Shown piece after piece: positions 20,383-28,972 of a stretch of 64,000 nt of DNA; the stretch's first letter is position 1; each line of letters begins with the position of its first letter. Position numbers and translations under genes: made by a program. The notes beneath the pieces are model-generated. The model searched no databases, was not told the DNA's origin, and saw only the letters and a list, made by a program, of their open reading frames with translations. Source of the stretch: Thermoprotei archaeon (GTDB lineage Archaea; Thermoproteota; Thermoprotei_A; Sulfolobales; Ignisphaeraceae); contig QMWT01000001.1 of NCBI GenBank assembly GCA_003661775.1, positions 1,199 through 65,198 of the forward strand, given 5' to 3'.

Positions 20383-21321
20383 GTGTTACTTGATAGATTC
20401 GAGCGTGTTGTCAACTCCCTCAGAATAAGTGTTACTGCTAAGTGCAACTATAGGTGTATGTACTGTCACGCAGAAGGGATTCTCGAACATAACCTAGATG
20501 AGATTAGTGTAGATGATATAGTGTTCATAGCTTCTACTCTACGTACGTTAGGTATCGATAAGTTTAAGCTTACCGGAGGCGAACCGCTTCTTAGAAACGA
20601 TATCGTTACTCTCATTAGCAGATTGGCGGAGTTGAAGCCCCGCGACCTGAGCATTACTACCAACGGTTACATGCTCATTGACCTAGCTGAGGAGCTTTCT
20701 GAAGCAGGTCTTATGCGTGTGAACGTTAACTTACCTAGCTTGAAACGGGCTGTCTACGCCTATGTGACGGGGGTTGATGCTCTTCATCGTGTAGTAAAAG
20801 GTCTTGTTAAAGCCTCGGACGTAGGCCTTAAGGTGAAACTCAACTACGTAGTTCTTAAGAATATTAACGCTGCTGAACTGCCCAAATTAGTTGATTTCGC
20901 TTCGAGTCTAGGTGCGGATATAAACCTCATCGAGCTTGAACCTATATCCTTACCCCAGCACTTCTTTGAGAAGTACTTCGTAAAAGCTCCGGATGTACTT
21001 AAGAGTATCTCACGAAGGGTTGCTAAGAAATGGCTTAGGCTGGACCTGCATTCCAGGCCAGTGCTATTACTAGATAACGGTGTTAAGATAGAAGTGATAA
21101 GCTGGGTAAACCACGCGGCGTTCTGCATGAGGTGTAGCAGGCTAAGACTCACGAGCGATGGCAAGCTTAGGTACTGCATAGCGGATCCACAAGCTGTTGA
21201 TCTAAGAAGGTGCTTAGCCGAGCGAAGTAGCGAATGTGTGAGGAAAGCTCTTGCGGAAACAATTTCCATTCGCAGACCCTTCTGGATCAACGGATCCGGA
21301 GGATCAAAAAGGTCAACATAG
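20383..21321 (+). CDS. moaA: GTP 3',8-cyclase (molybdenum cofactor biosynthesis protein A)
   Basis: CNYRCMYC radical-SAM motif and the C-terminal second-cluster motif CMRCSRLRLTSDGKLRYC. GTG start. Confidence 0.85.
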   Translation: MLLDRFERVVNSLRISVTAKCNYRCMYCHAEGILEHNLDEISVDDIVFIASTLRTLGIDKFKLTGGEPLLRNDIVTLISRLAELKPRDLSITTNGYMLIDLAEELSEAGLMRVNVNLPSLKRAVYAYVTGVDALHRVVKGLVKASDVGLKVKLNYVVLKNINAAELPKLVDFASSLGADINLIELEPISLPQHFFEKYFVKAPDVLKSISRRVAKKWLRLDLHSRPVLLLDNGVKIEVISWVNHAAFCMRCSRLRLTSDGKLRYCIADPQAVDLRRCLAERSSECVRKALAETISIRRPFWINGSGGSKRST

Positions 21322-21358
21322 ATTTAACAGAATTTCCAACAACCTAACCTTAGAGAGC

Positions 21359-22429
21359 ATGCGCAGCACATCACAGAAATTCTGCATAGGGTACTCAGAG
21401 GTATTTCTTGATCACAAACCCCCTCCTCAAACCTACCATCCTGAAAACCCCGAGAGACTCACAATAGCTATTGAAGCTCTTAGGAGAGAAGGGATATGGA
21501 ATTCTGCCAATATACTAAGCTATGTGTCTACAGATGCCAATTTAGCCAAGGAAATCCATAGTCACGACTACGTTGAACTTGTGAGAAGGTTAAGCAGTGG
21601 ATATGGGTGGATCGATGCAGACACCTATGTATCTCCTGGCACTTGGAGGGCCGCACTCTCAGCATTAGCCACCTCGACCAAGCTATTCGAAAACAATGTG
21701 ATGAAACGATGTAGTGTAGCACTAGCTTTAGTAAGACCACCCGGGCACCACGCAGGTATTAGCGGCAAGGCTCTAGGCGCTCCTACACAAGGATTTTGCA
21801 TATTTAACAACGTCGCCATAGCAGCTAGAAGAGCTGTCGAGATGAAGTTCACACCTGTACTGATATTAGATATAGATGTGCACCACGGCAATGGAACCCA
21901 AGAGATCTTCTGGTACTCGGCGAACATCGTACATATAGATGTACATGGTGACTATCTCTATCCGGGAACAGGGTACGTGCATGATGTAGGTGGAGGAGAG
22001 GGCGAGGGAACTAAAATCAATATTCCTCTTCCCACTGCTACGGGAGACGAGGATTACGTGTATGTATTCAAGGAGTTGATAATACCGATTATAGAGGTAA
22101 TTAGGCCCCGCACGTTTCTTGTATCAGCTGGTTTCGATGCGTATCAAAACGATGGTCTAGCATTCATGAACTTGACTTACAGAGGGTACAAGGTAATAGG
22201 CTCGATAATCTCTATGCTCTCGGCTAAATACTCTTCGACAGGTATACTCATAGTGTTGGAAGGAGGCTACAGCGAAGGGCTTGACAAAGGTCTTCCAGCA
22301 TTCATAAACGGGGTTCTAAAACCTGTAGTTGTAGAGCATAAGGGTAGAGAGCCCAAGGTTGGCGACCGCATCATCAGGATCTGCAAAAAAGTGCGTGGGA
22401 TAGTAAGAAGGTATCTAGGGCCTATATAA
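21359..22429 (+). CDS. histone deacetylase / acetoin-utilisation (AcuC) family deacetylase
   Basis: RPPGHHA, DIDVHHGNGTQ, SAGFDA and LEGGY. I placed the start at the ATG at 21359, because the track start at 21251 overlaps moaA. Confidence 0.85.
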   Translation: MRSTSQKFCIGYSEVFLDHKPPPQTYHPENPERLTIAIEALRREGIWNSANILSYVSTDANLAKEIHSHDYVELVRRLSSGYGWIDADTYVSPGTWRAALSALATSTKLFENNVMKRCSVALALVRPPGHHAGISGKALGAPTQGFCIFNNVAIAARRAVEMKFTPVLILDIDVHHGNGTQEIFWYSANIVHIDVHGDYLYPGTGYVHDVGGGEGEGTKINIPLPTATGDEDYVYVFKELIIPIIEVIRPRTFLVSAGFDAYQNDGLAFMNLTYRGYKVIGSIISMLSAKYSSTGILIVLEGGYSEGLDKGLPAFINGVLKPVVVEHKGREPKVGDRIIRICKKVRGIVRRYLGPI

Positions 22430-22430
22430 C

Positions 22431-22835
22431 TCAGACTCTTCGCCGGGCAAGATTCTTAACCTTTTCAAGGAACCTACTCCGCTCTATCACATACCTCTCG
22501 TGAATACCCTCACCCACTACAATGTCCTTAAACATTGCTCGTACTTCAAACGTGAGCTTTCTACCATCAATGCCTACAAGTTTTGCCTCTACAGCTATTT
22601 TTTCACCTATCGGAACTGGGGCTTTATGGGATACGCATACCCTTATTCCGACTGTAATCACATCAGGCTCCAACAGATTTTTGACACATTCCATAGCTGC
22701 GGATTCCATAAATGCTATCATAGAGGGGGTAGACAATACATCCACATCACCGCTGCCAACAACCTTAGCTACATGACTGGGCGTTACTATAAACTCCTTT
22801 CTACAGACAAGACCAGGTCTCAGCCCGCTCTTCAT
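22431..22835 (-). CDS. hotdog-fold thioesterase
   Basis: Size and overall pattern of small hotdog thioesterases; no catalytic residue verified. Confidence 0.55.
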   Translation of the reverse strand: MKSGLRPGLVCRKEFIVTPSHVAKVVGSGDVDVLSTPSMIAFMESAAMECVKNLLEPDVITVGIRVCVSHKAPVPIGEKIAVEAKLVGIDGRKLTFEVRAMFKDIVVGEGIHERYVIERSRFLEKVKNLARRRV

Positions 22836-22949
22836 ATCTTCAACCTCTTCATAACCATTATTAACCTTACTGTAAAGACGGATGCTTAGGTGGATGAAGA
22901 GTACCCTCCGGCTCTGATCAGATGATGATAAGGCATTTGACCGACGCCT

Positions 22950-23267
22950 CTATCTACTGCTTCCAGATTTAGATTCCTCGGCTTTCTCGCTCTTCTCCTC
23001 CTTTTTTACTTCCTCCTCTAGTTTCTTCAGCTCTTCTTCTAATTCCTTCTCAATCTCCTCGATAGGTTTCGGAGGAGGTGTAGTAGCAAGTGTATAGCCT
23101 ATCCAGCCAAGTATGCCCATAACCCCCACGACAGCTATCGTGGCAATGAGCTTCATCGTGAGGATCGCTAGGCTCTCCCCCGCGAAGAATAACAAGTATA
23201 TCACTGCTACGATTATGAGGATCGAGCCTCCTAACATACCCAAACCTATGACCTGATCCCTGTTCAT
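22950..23267 (-). CDS. small membrane protein with a Glu/Lys-rich tail
   Basis: Two hydrophobic helices followed by EEIEKELEEELKKLEEEVKKEEK. Confidence 0.45.
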   Translation of the reverse strand: MNRDQVIGLGMLGGSILIIVAVIYLLFFAGESLAILTMKLIATIAVVGVMGILGWIGYTLATTPPPKPIEEIEKELEEELKKLEEEVKKEEKSEKAEESKSGSSR

Positions 23268-23335
23268 AGCGTTGCACCTGACCGGCCGAGGATCTCGTCT
23301 GCGTCTATATAAACGTGCCCCAGTATTAGTATGTA

Positions 23336-23791
23336 ATGGGCAGAGCTTTGAACATGAATAATGAAAGAGGGTTTAGGTATAGGGAGCATACAGCGGACGT
23401 TATAATAGAAGCTTGGGGCCCAACCCTAGAAGCCGCTTTCGAGGAAGCCGCCAAAGCAATGTTTACGCTCATAACCGATATCGAGAAGGTGGAACCGAGA
23501 GAGGAATTTTCCATCGAAGTAAAGGGGTTTGACCTAGAAAACTTGCTGTATCAATGGCTCGAAGAATTGCTTTACTATCACGACTCGCAGAACCTCGTCT
23601 TTTCCAAGTTCCAAGTTATGGAGATTAGCAGAGTAGGCGAGGATTACCTGCTGAAGGCAAAAGTCTACGGAGAGAAATTTGACCGCAAAAAACATATCCC
23701 CGGCACGGTGGTGAAAGCCGTAACCTATGCAGAGATGAGGGTCGAGAATAGGAACGGTAAGTGGTTCGTATCTGCAGTACTCGATATATAA
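23336..23791 (+). CDS. archease
   Basis: N-terminal YREHTADV signature with the typical length. The ATG at 23354 is an alternative start. Confidence 0.85.
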   Translation: MGRALNMNNERGFRYREHTADVIIEAWGPTLEAAFEEAAKAMFTLITDIEKVEPREEFSIEVKGFDLENLLYQWLEELLYYHDSQNLVFSKFQVMEISRVGEDYLLKAKVYGEKFDRKKHIPGTVVKAVTYAEMRVENRNGKWFVSAVLDI

Positions 23792-23843
23792 GCACTTCTT
23801 CTTTAAGCCTTATTTATCTCAGTTCATACCACCTAAAGATGGA

Positions 23844-23919
23844 GCCGCCGTAGCTCAGCGGGGAGAGCGCCCGGCTGAAGACCGGGAGGTCGGGGGTTCG
23901 AATCCCCCCGGCGGCACCA
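23844..23919 (+). tRNA. tRNA-Phe (anticodon GAA), CCA encoded
   Basis: Acceptor GCCGCCG/CGGCGGC; anticodon stem CCCGG/CCGGG with loop CUGAAGA; T arm GGGGG-UUCGAAU-CCCCC. Confidence 0.95.
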
Positions 23920-24020
23920 CTTCTCCTCCTAACCAGGATGAATCCCCTAGACGGATGATGTGAACACGCCTCCGGTGCTGAGAAACCTGATGAAGTCAGC
24001 CTGGAACCGATAACCTAATT

Positions 24021-24800
24021 TCACAAGCTCCTTCGTCGGAACGCATTCAGTATTTCTGCGAATACCTCTTCTTTACATCCACGCTCATCCTTACACTCTT
24101 TATACCTTCTTGCAAGTCTTCTTAGCTCCAGAACATCCTCGTCTTCAAGGTCAAGAAGTGTTCTCACGGGTACTCCAGCTACGCTGCGGCCGAGGATAAA
24201 ACCTAGGACTCTTGTCACGTTACTTGCACACGGATTTATCCTTGCAGACTCTAAGTCTACTACCACAGGCTTAGAAGGATCCCCTTCCCTGTAGATTACT
24301 TGGGAAAGTGGCAATGAGATCTCGGTAATCTCTACAGCAGCGAGACCTATCTTATGAACACAGCCAAGTAGCGATAGCAGCGCTTGTTTAACGACGCTTC
24401 TGTCTCTAGCCAGTAAGAGCTCCTTAAGCGTGGGTCCTTCCACGAGCTCTCTGATAACGAAAAGGTCATTACTTATGTAAACTCTTGGCACACAACCAGT
24501 TCTTTCACACACTTTGAGAAGATTTGCTTCGTGTACCATACTAGGCCTCTTAGAGTCAAACCTTCTTATTTTGGCCGCGACGATGCCGAGCTCCTCATGA
24601 AGTACTGCCACCACGATAGCTGCATGACCTTTTCCTAGAATCCTAATGCCTCTGCCCTCCATTTTGCCTAAACTCACAACTCCCCGAACGCCATACTTCC
24701 TCAGCCTTTCTAGCAACAAGTTGCAGTAGTTAGGGTACCACTGAGGGTAGCATAGCACATGCCTAGCTTCCTCTAGCGGAATAGGCGATAAGCCGTACAT
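24021..24800 (-). CDS. protein-kinase-like fold protein (small archaeal predicted Ser/Thr kinase family)
   Basis: Gly-rich loop LGKGHAAIV plus lysine AAKIRR; no canonical HRD or DFG motif. Confidence 0.45.
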   Translation of the reverse strand: MYGLSPIPLEEARHVLCYPQWYPNYCNLLLERLRKYGVRGVVSLGKMEGRGIRILGKGHAAIVVAVLHEELGIVAAKIRRFDSKRPSMVHEANLLKVCERTGCVPRVYISNDLFVIRELVEGPTLKELLLARDRSVVKQALLSLLGCVHKIGLAAVEITEISLPLSQVIYREGDPSKPVVVDLESARINPCASNVTRVLGFILGRSVAGVPVRTLLDLEDEDVLELRRLARRYKECKDERGCKEEVFAEILNAFRRRSL

Positions 24801-24802
24801 GA

Positions 24803-24858
24803 CCGCTCAGCGTAGCTCAGCCACATCACTTTATCAGAGCCTATACCCTCATCACAGC
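24803..24858 (-). ncRNA. C/D box sRNA with a tRNA D-arm guide
   Basis: Minus strand: GUGAUGA (24855-24849), 11 nt, CUGA (24837-24834), 4 nt, GUGAUGU (24829-24823), 12 nt, CUGA (24810-24807). The D guide GGCUGAGCUACG is a perfect antisense of tRNA positions 6-17 as seen at 8355..8366 and 49881..49892. Confidence 0.8.
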
Positions 24859-25265
24859 GCTGGTCTTCGGGGAGTTTTAATCAGCGTGAGGCTACTTCTG
24901 TCAGCATAGCTAACAGTATAGTACCTAGGTTTAAGTACTTTGACTAGATGTTCAAAAGCCCTCCACGGGTCTTTCTGTGCTTCACTAATATATACATCAA
25001 CCGTTGCGTAACGGTACTCTATCCATGTGTGTACCGCTATATGGCTTCCTACCAGAATCGCTATGACTGATACCCCGCCTTTCTTACCGCCGAAAGTCCA
25101 GCTCTTTATCTCTGCAACCCTCATACCTACAAGATCCGCAGCTTCCAATACAGCTTTCCTGAGCCTGCCTTCATCACAAGCTATTGCCTCATCTACGTCG
25201 TATAAATTTCCAAATACGTGCCTTCCTCCTATGGCTGAGTTCTTACGTCGATCTCCTCTAGACAA
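24852..25265 (-). CDS. pyruvoyl-dependent decarboxylase of the AdoMetDC (SpeH) family
   Basis: Core LVGSHIAVHTWIEYRYATVDVY aligns with the SpeH self-cleavage region (..ESH..HTWPE..). Confidence 0.8.
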   Translation of the reverse strand: MSRGDRRKNSAIGGRHVFGNLYDVDEAIACDEGRLRKAVLEAADLVGMRVAEIKSWTFGGKKGGVSVIAILVGSHIAVHTWIEYRYATVDVYISEAQKDPWRAFEHLVKVLKPRYYTVSYADRSSLTLIKTPRRPAL

Positions 25266-25309
25266 GGCGTCTACCGTTCTTGGATAGCTAGTGAGAGTCT
25301 ATAAAGCGT

Positions 25310-25930
25310 TTACTTAACCTTGGATGGGCAGACCACGGAATAAGGACAATAATTACATTCCCAAGAATAGCGGGGAACTAGTTTCATCTCTAAGTAACTC
25401 CTAACGAGATCCATAACCTCACCATCACTCATAGGCTGGGTTACAGGATATTCCGTAATCCTATCGTTTGTTATGTAGAGAAGTAGGCCTTTACTAAAGT
25501 TCTTAATCCACATGTACAACCTCAACTGGTCAATGTGATGCCTATGAGGGATTCCTACATCACTCCTACCGCTCTTTATCTCAACAATGGTGTCGCCTAT
25601 TATAGCATCTATTCTTCCACGTATCACATAGCTTTGACCCTCAACGACAACCTCCCGCTCCACCTCAACCTCCACATCAACGTTATCTTCACCGAAGATC
25701 TCCTTCAATACCTGTTCAGCTCCCCTATGCAGCAAATCTCCCATTATAAGTACTGGCTCGAATATTCGGGCGAGAGCTAGCTCAGGATACTTCTTGAAGA
25801 GTCTTGGTTTCAGGGGGCACATAAGAAGTTCAGTGACATAGATCTCGTTCTCTAGCTTCTTTTCTGCCTTTTCTTTGAACTCTTCCACCTTCCATCTAAA
25901 CAAATTCTCTACAATTCTCAACTCATTCAA
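25310..25930 (-). CDS. Cas4 / RecB-like PD-(D/E)xK nuclease with an Fe-S Cys tetrad (stand-alone)
   Basis: N-terminal Cys (LLMCPLK), RGRIDAI...VEIKSG, QLRLY, C-terminal CNYCPYSVVCP. Confidence 0.7.
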   Translation of the reverse strand: MNELRIVENLFRWKVEEFKEKAEKKLENEIYVTELLMCPLKPRLFKKYPELALARIFEPVLIMGDLLHRGAEQVLKEIFGEDNVDVEVEVEREVVVEGQSYVIRGRIDAIIGDTIVEIKSGRSDVGIPHRHHIDQLRLYMWIKNFSKGLLLYITNDRITEYPVTQPMSDGEVMDLVRSYLEMKLVPRYSWECNYCPYSVVCPSKVK

Positions 25931-25939
25931 GCTCTCACC

Positions 25940-27010
25940 TTATTCACCATATTCTCCATGCCCACTATACCTACTAAGGGCTTTGAAAAGCAGTCTGGCT
26001 CTACCCTCTTCCCTAAGCTTCCTAAGTTCATCACCTCTAGGCAGCCTTCCATGCTTTCTCATGAAGGTATAGGCATCTTCCTCCAAGTCAAGCTCTGTGT
26101 ACACTCCCATGGAGTTAAGGATGCTCCTAGCCTCTTTGATACTCTTAGTGAAGAGCACTGCTTGTGCTAATGGCGCTACAGCTAGTGTGATGTAAGGATC
26201 GAGAAAGAACGTTATTGTTTGGAGTGGTGAACATTCTATTTCCCTGCTCCCAGCACGTATAACATGCTGACCCCAACACCCTTTGAACGCCTCTAACTGA
26301 ACTCTGCTCGCCTCACTGTGAGCATGTTCAAGTAGCCTTTCCAGGATCTCTACATCCCTAGCTGTAATCCCGCGAGCTCCTAGAAGCCCGCCTAGAGAAC
26401 TAACGGTGCTGATCCTCTCGAGTATGTAACCAGGGGAGAGCTCGCCATCAGCACCAATGCTGTGTACCGCCAGGACTTTCTGTACTTGAACTCTTGCTCT
26501 CACGAGTGCTGCCAGCCCTACAGCATCGGCCAAGGGAGACCATAGCTCATCCTCGTAACCTTTAGCAAGTACGTCACCTCCCACGTCAACCGCTACCACA
26601 GCTTCAACATCTAGTTCTCTAATAAGTTCGGCTAACCCTTCTGCAACACCCTCAGCAGCTGCACTTAGGTCAACAACCGCCACCTCCTCATTAAGTGCCT
26701 GGGCTACATTTGATGCTTGGAATGCTACCTCACGCCCCCCTCTTAGCGCCCTTGAAGAGCCTTTAACCATAGCTGAGTATCTGCCTATCCTATGTACACC
26801 GACGAGCTCATCTATGGGTATCGGTCCTGGCACTGGATCTACGGACATACGCTCCCAGACAACTGAGCCAATATATGCTCGGTACCCTTCTCTACGAGCG
26901 GCAAGAGCTAGCATTGCCGCTGTAACGACATCTCCTCCGCCACCTATTCCGAAAAACAATACATTCTTTACGGAGAGAAAGTCCTTAATCAACCAATCCG
27001 CACCCTGCAT
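25940..27010 (-). CDS. uncharacterised protein, DUF1152-like
   Basis: N-terminal FGIGGGGDVV motif, which I recall as the DUF1152 signature. Needs an HMM check. Confidence 0.4.
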   Translation of the reverse strand: MQGADWLIKDFLSVKNVLFFGIGGGGDVVTAAMLALAARREGYRAYIGSVVWERMSVDPVPGPIPIDELVGVHRIGRYSAMVKGSSRALRGGREVAFQASNVAQALNEEVAVVDLSAAAEGVAEGLAELIRELDVEAVVAVDVGGDVLAKGYEDELWSPLADAVGLAALVRARVQVQKVLAVHSIGADGELSPGYILERISTVSSLGGLLGARGITARDVEILERLLEHAHSEASRVQLEAFKGCWGQHVIRAGSREIECSPLQTITFFLDPYITLAVAPLAQAVLFTKSIKEARSILNSMGVYTELDLEEDAYTFMRKHGRLPRGDELRKLREEGRARLLFKALSRYSGHGEYGE

Positions 27011-27045
27011 GCATGGAATATCTCGGAGATTAGACTATTGCGGTA

Positions 27046-27108
27046 GAGATCAGCGTAGAATGCGTTCATCACTGTCTCCTCAGACCGTGGTCGTCTCATC
27101 AACTCCAC
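27046..27108 (-). ncRNA. C/D box sRNA
   Basis: Minus strand: UUGAUGA (27102-27096), 12 nt, CUGA (27083-27080), 7 nt, GUGAUGA (27072-27066), 12 nt, CUGA (27053-27050). A terminal stem of about 6 bp is possible. Confidence 0.8.
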
Positions 27109-27214
27109 GCATATACGAACACAGTAGCCTCAGACAGTCTGTTCAACAGCTCTAAAGCCTCTCCACCTTCTAGAGAAGTACCGCCCCTCTTAGCCTTAAC
27201 TTCATAGCTAGCTC

Positions 27215-27829
27215 CTACAAAGAGTATTTTGCGTCAATACCTCCACTGCTTACCGATACTAGAGCCTTGCCCAACCTCAGCTCGCCAACCAGCTCTTTCA
27301 ACTTGTTGAAGAGGTGCAGTCCTGCGATACTCTCTTTTCTCACTAGTCTACCCTTAGCAATGACCTCAGCTATGAACTCATCTTTCATTAAGACACTCAA
27401 TCTTTCATCGAATTCAGAACGGACAACTAAGTACTTGCTAAGCTCCCTACTTAAACCGTGCAGCGTATACTCTGCGAAGAGCAAAACACGTGCGGTTCTT
27501 ATACCCAGAGGCAGAGGATTAACGTGAAGCTTCACCTCTAACTTCTTCTCAACTTTTCCTTCATCTTGACACAAGATGCCCATTTTAGCAAAGTCTATAG
27601 GTACATGCCTAGGCATTAACCTTATAGAAGCTCTACTACCTCCTCTGTCTATATACAGCACTACCTCAACATCATCAACTTTCTTCGGTGAAGGAAATGT
27701 AAGCAGGGGCTTACCTTTACTGTACTCCAGCGTCGATAGGGGCTCTGCCAGACATTTATCGTCGGTTAGTACATCGAGGATCCTATCACAGTATCCTAGG
27801 ACTTTAAAACTGAGCGAACGCATCAACAA
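27215..27829 (-). CDS. hypothetical protein
   Basis: ORF only. Confidence 0.4.
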   Translation of the reverse strand: MLMRSLSFKVLGYCDRILDVLTDDKCLAEPLSTLEYSKGKPLLTFPSPKKVDDVEVVLYIDRGGSRASIRLMPRHVPIDFAKMGILCQDEGKVEKKLEVKLHVNPLPLGIRTARVLLFAEYTLHGLSRELSKYLVVRSEFDERLSVLMKDEFIAEVIAKGRLVRKESIAGLHLFNKLKELVGELRLGKALVSVSSGGIDAKYSL

Positions 27830-27874
27830 TGTTCTACGCCTACATCGATGCTACGTGAGATACAGCTATTAAGT

Positions 27875-28894
27875 TCATAAAGTTCTAGAGACTTCAAGCA
27901 TTGCTTTTCTAAGCATAGATTCTACCTCATTGATATCTACGTCTTTTCTGAGCTTGAGAAGCGCTAACGATTGGTGTCCACCTGCATCCTCAACAATCCC
28001 CATTCTTACTAAGACCAAGGCTATGCGGTAAGGTAACGCACCTTTACCTCTAATTATAAGTAGCGGTGCACGATCTTTGGTTTCTACGATCACGGCCACC
28101 GGCGATCGAAAAGTTCTATAAAGCATCGATGCAAGAGCGCTCCCACCCCTAGATCTTAGCTTGCCACGTGCATCCACTAGTCGTAGATTGAATATTCTGT
28201 GTGCAGTTGGAGCAAGCTCCGTTGCAAGCTCCTTAAGCCTCTTATCACTGCTTTCGCTAATTCTCCGGATCCTTTCGATGACGTCGTGGCTAAAGGGCAT
28301 AGCAGAAAATGCTAGTGGCGATGCAAGCCATTCGACGAGCCTACGCCACAACTCTTCTTCTCTCAGATGAGTGAGAGCTTTAGATATATCAACGACTATT
28401 CTAACTAAACGCTCCAATCTCTTAGAAGGTCTTTTACTTCTCTCGATAACTCCCGTTGCTCTTACGAACATCTCTAGACGAGGTGTTAACCTCGCTCCTA
28501 TGGTCTTAAGTAGGTGGTATACCAACAAGGCCGTAGGCACCTTACCCACTATAAGCTCGTCAACAATTTTCTCTAACTCTTTACTTTTGAATATCGTAGA
28601 TAGGTGGTGGTCTATGTAGACCAAGGAAATACTTCTCGACTTAGCTTCTCTAAGGAATTTGCCTACCGAAGTTGTGAAAGGTATGTCGACTAATGCTATG
28701 ACCCGCGGTTCAACGCTCAGAATCTCGTCAGCAACCTCCTCAATACTTCTAGGACCTACCGGTCTCACCATAACGTTGCAGCGCTTCTTAATAGGATACA
28801 ATCCTAAGTTCCTCTGCGCATACAAGAGCTCTGCAGCTGAAACTACTCCATCAGCGTCCCAATCCCCTAGGATCACCACCTCAATATTACTCAA
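27875..28894 (-). CDS. DHH/DHHA1-family phosphoesterase (RecJ/NrnA-like)
   Basis: DHH motifs DWDADG, VDIP and IDHH; DHHA1 GGH motif (DAGGHQ). Confidence 0.75.
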   Translation of the reverse strand: MSNIEVVILGDWDADGVVSAAELLYAQRNLGLYPIKKRCNVMVRPVGPRSIEEVADEILSVEPRVIALVDIPFTTSVGKFLREAKSRSISLVYIDHHLSTIFKSKELEKIVDELIVGKVPTALLVYHLLKTIGARLTPRLEMFVRATGVIERSKRPSKRLERLVRIVVDISKALTHLREEELWRRLVEWLASPLAFSAMPFSHDVIERIRRISESSDKRLKELATELAPTAHRIFNLRLVDARGKLRSRGGSALASMLYRTFRSPVAVIVETKDRAPLLIIRGKGALPYRIALVLVRMGIVEDAGGHQSLALLKLRKDVDINEVESMLRKAMLEVSRTL

Positions 28895-28972
28895 CTCCTA
28901 GAGCCCCGTGCACAGTTTAGAGAGCTTAATTTAAAACACTCCACAGACCTTCTTAAGGAGGTCGCGAGGCAG

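Noticed and set aside
24811-24822. A 12-13-nt identity to the 5' D-arm of tRNA-Arg and tRNA-Met, which first suggested a tRNA fragment or an integration (att) scar.
   Set aside because: It lies exactly between a C' box and a D box on the opposite strand. It is the sense image of a C/D sRNA guide, not a tRNA remnant.
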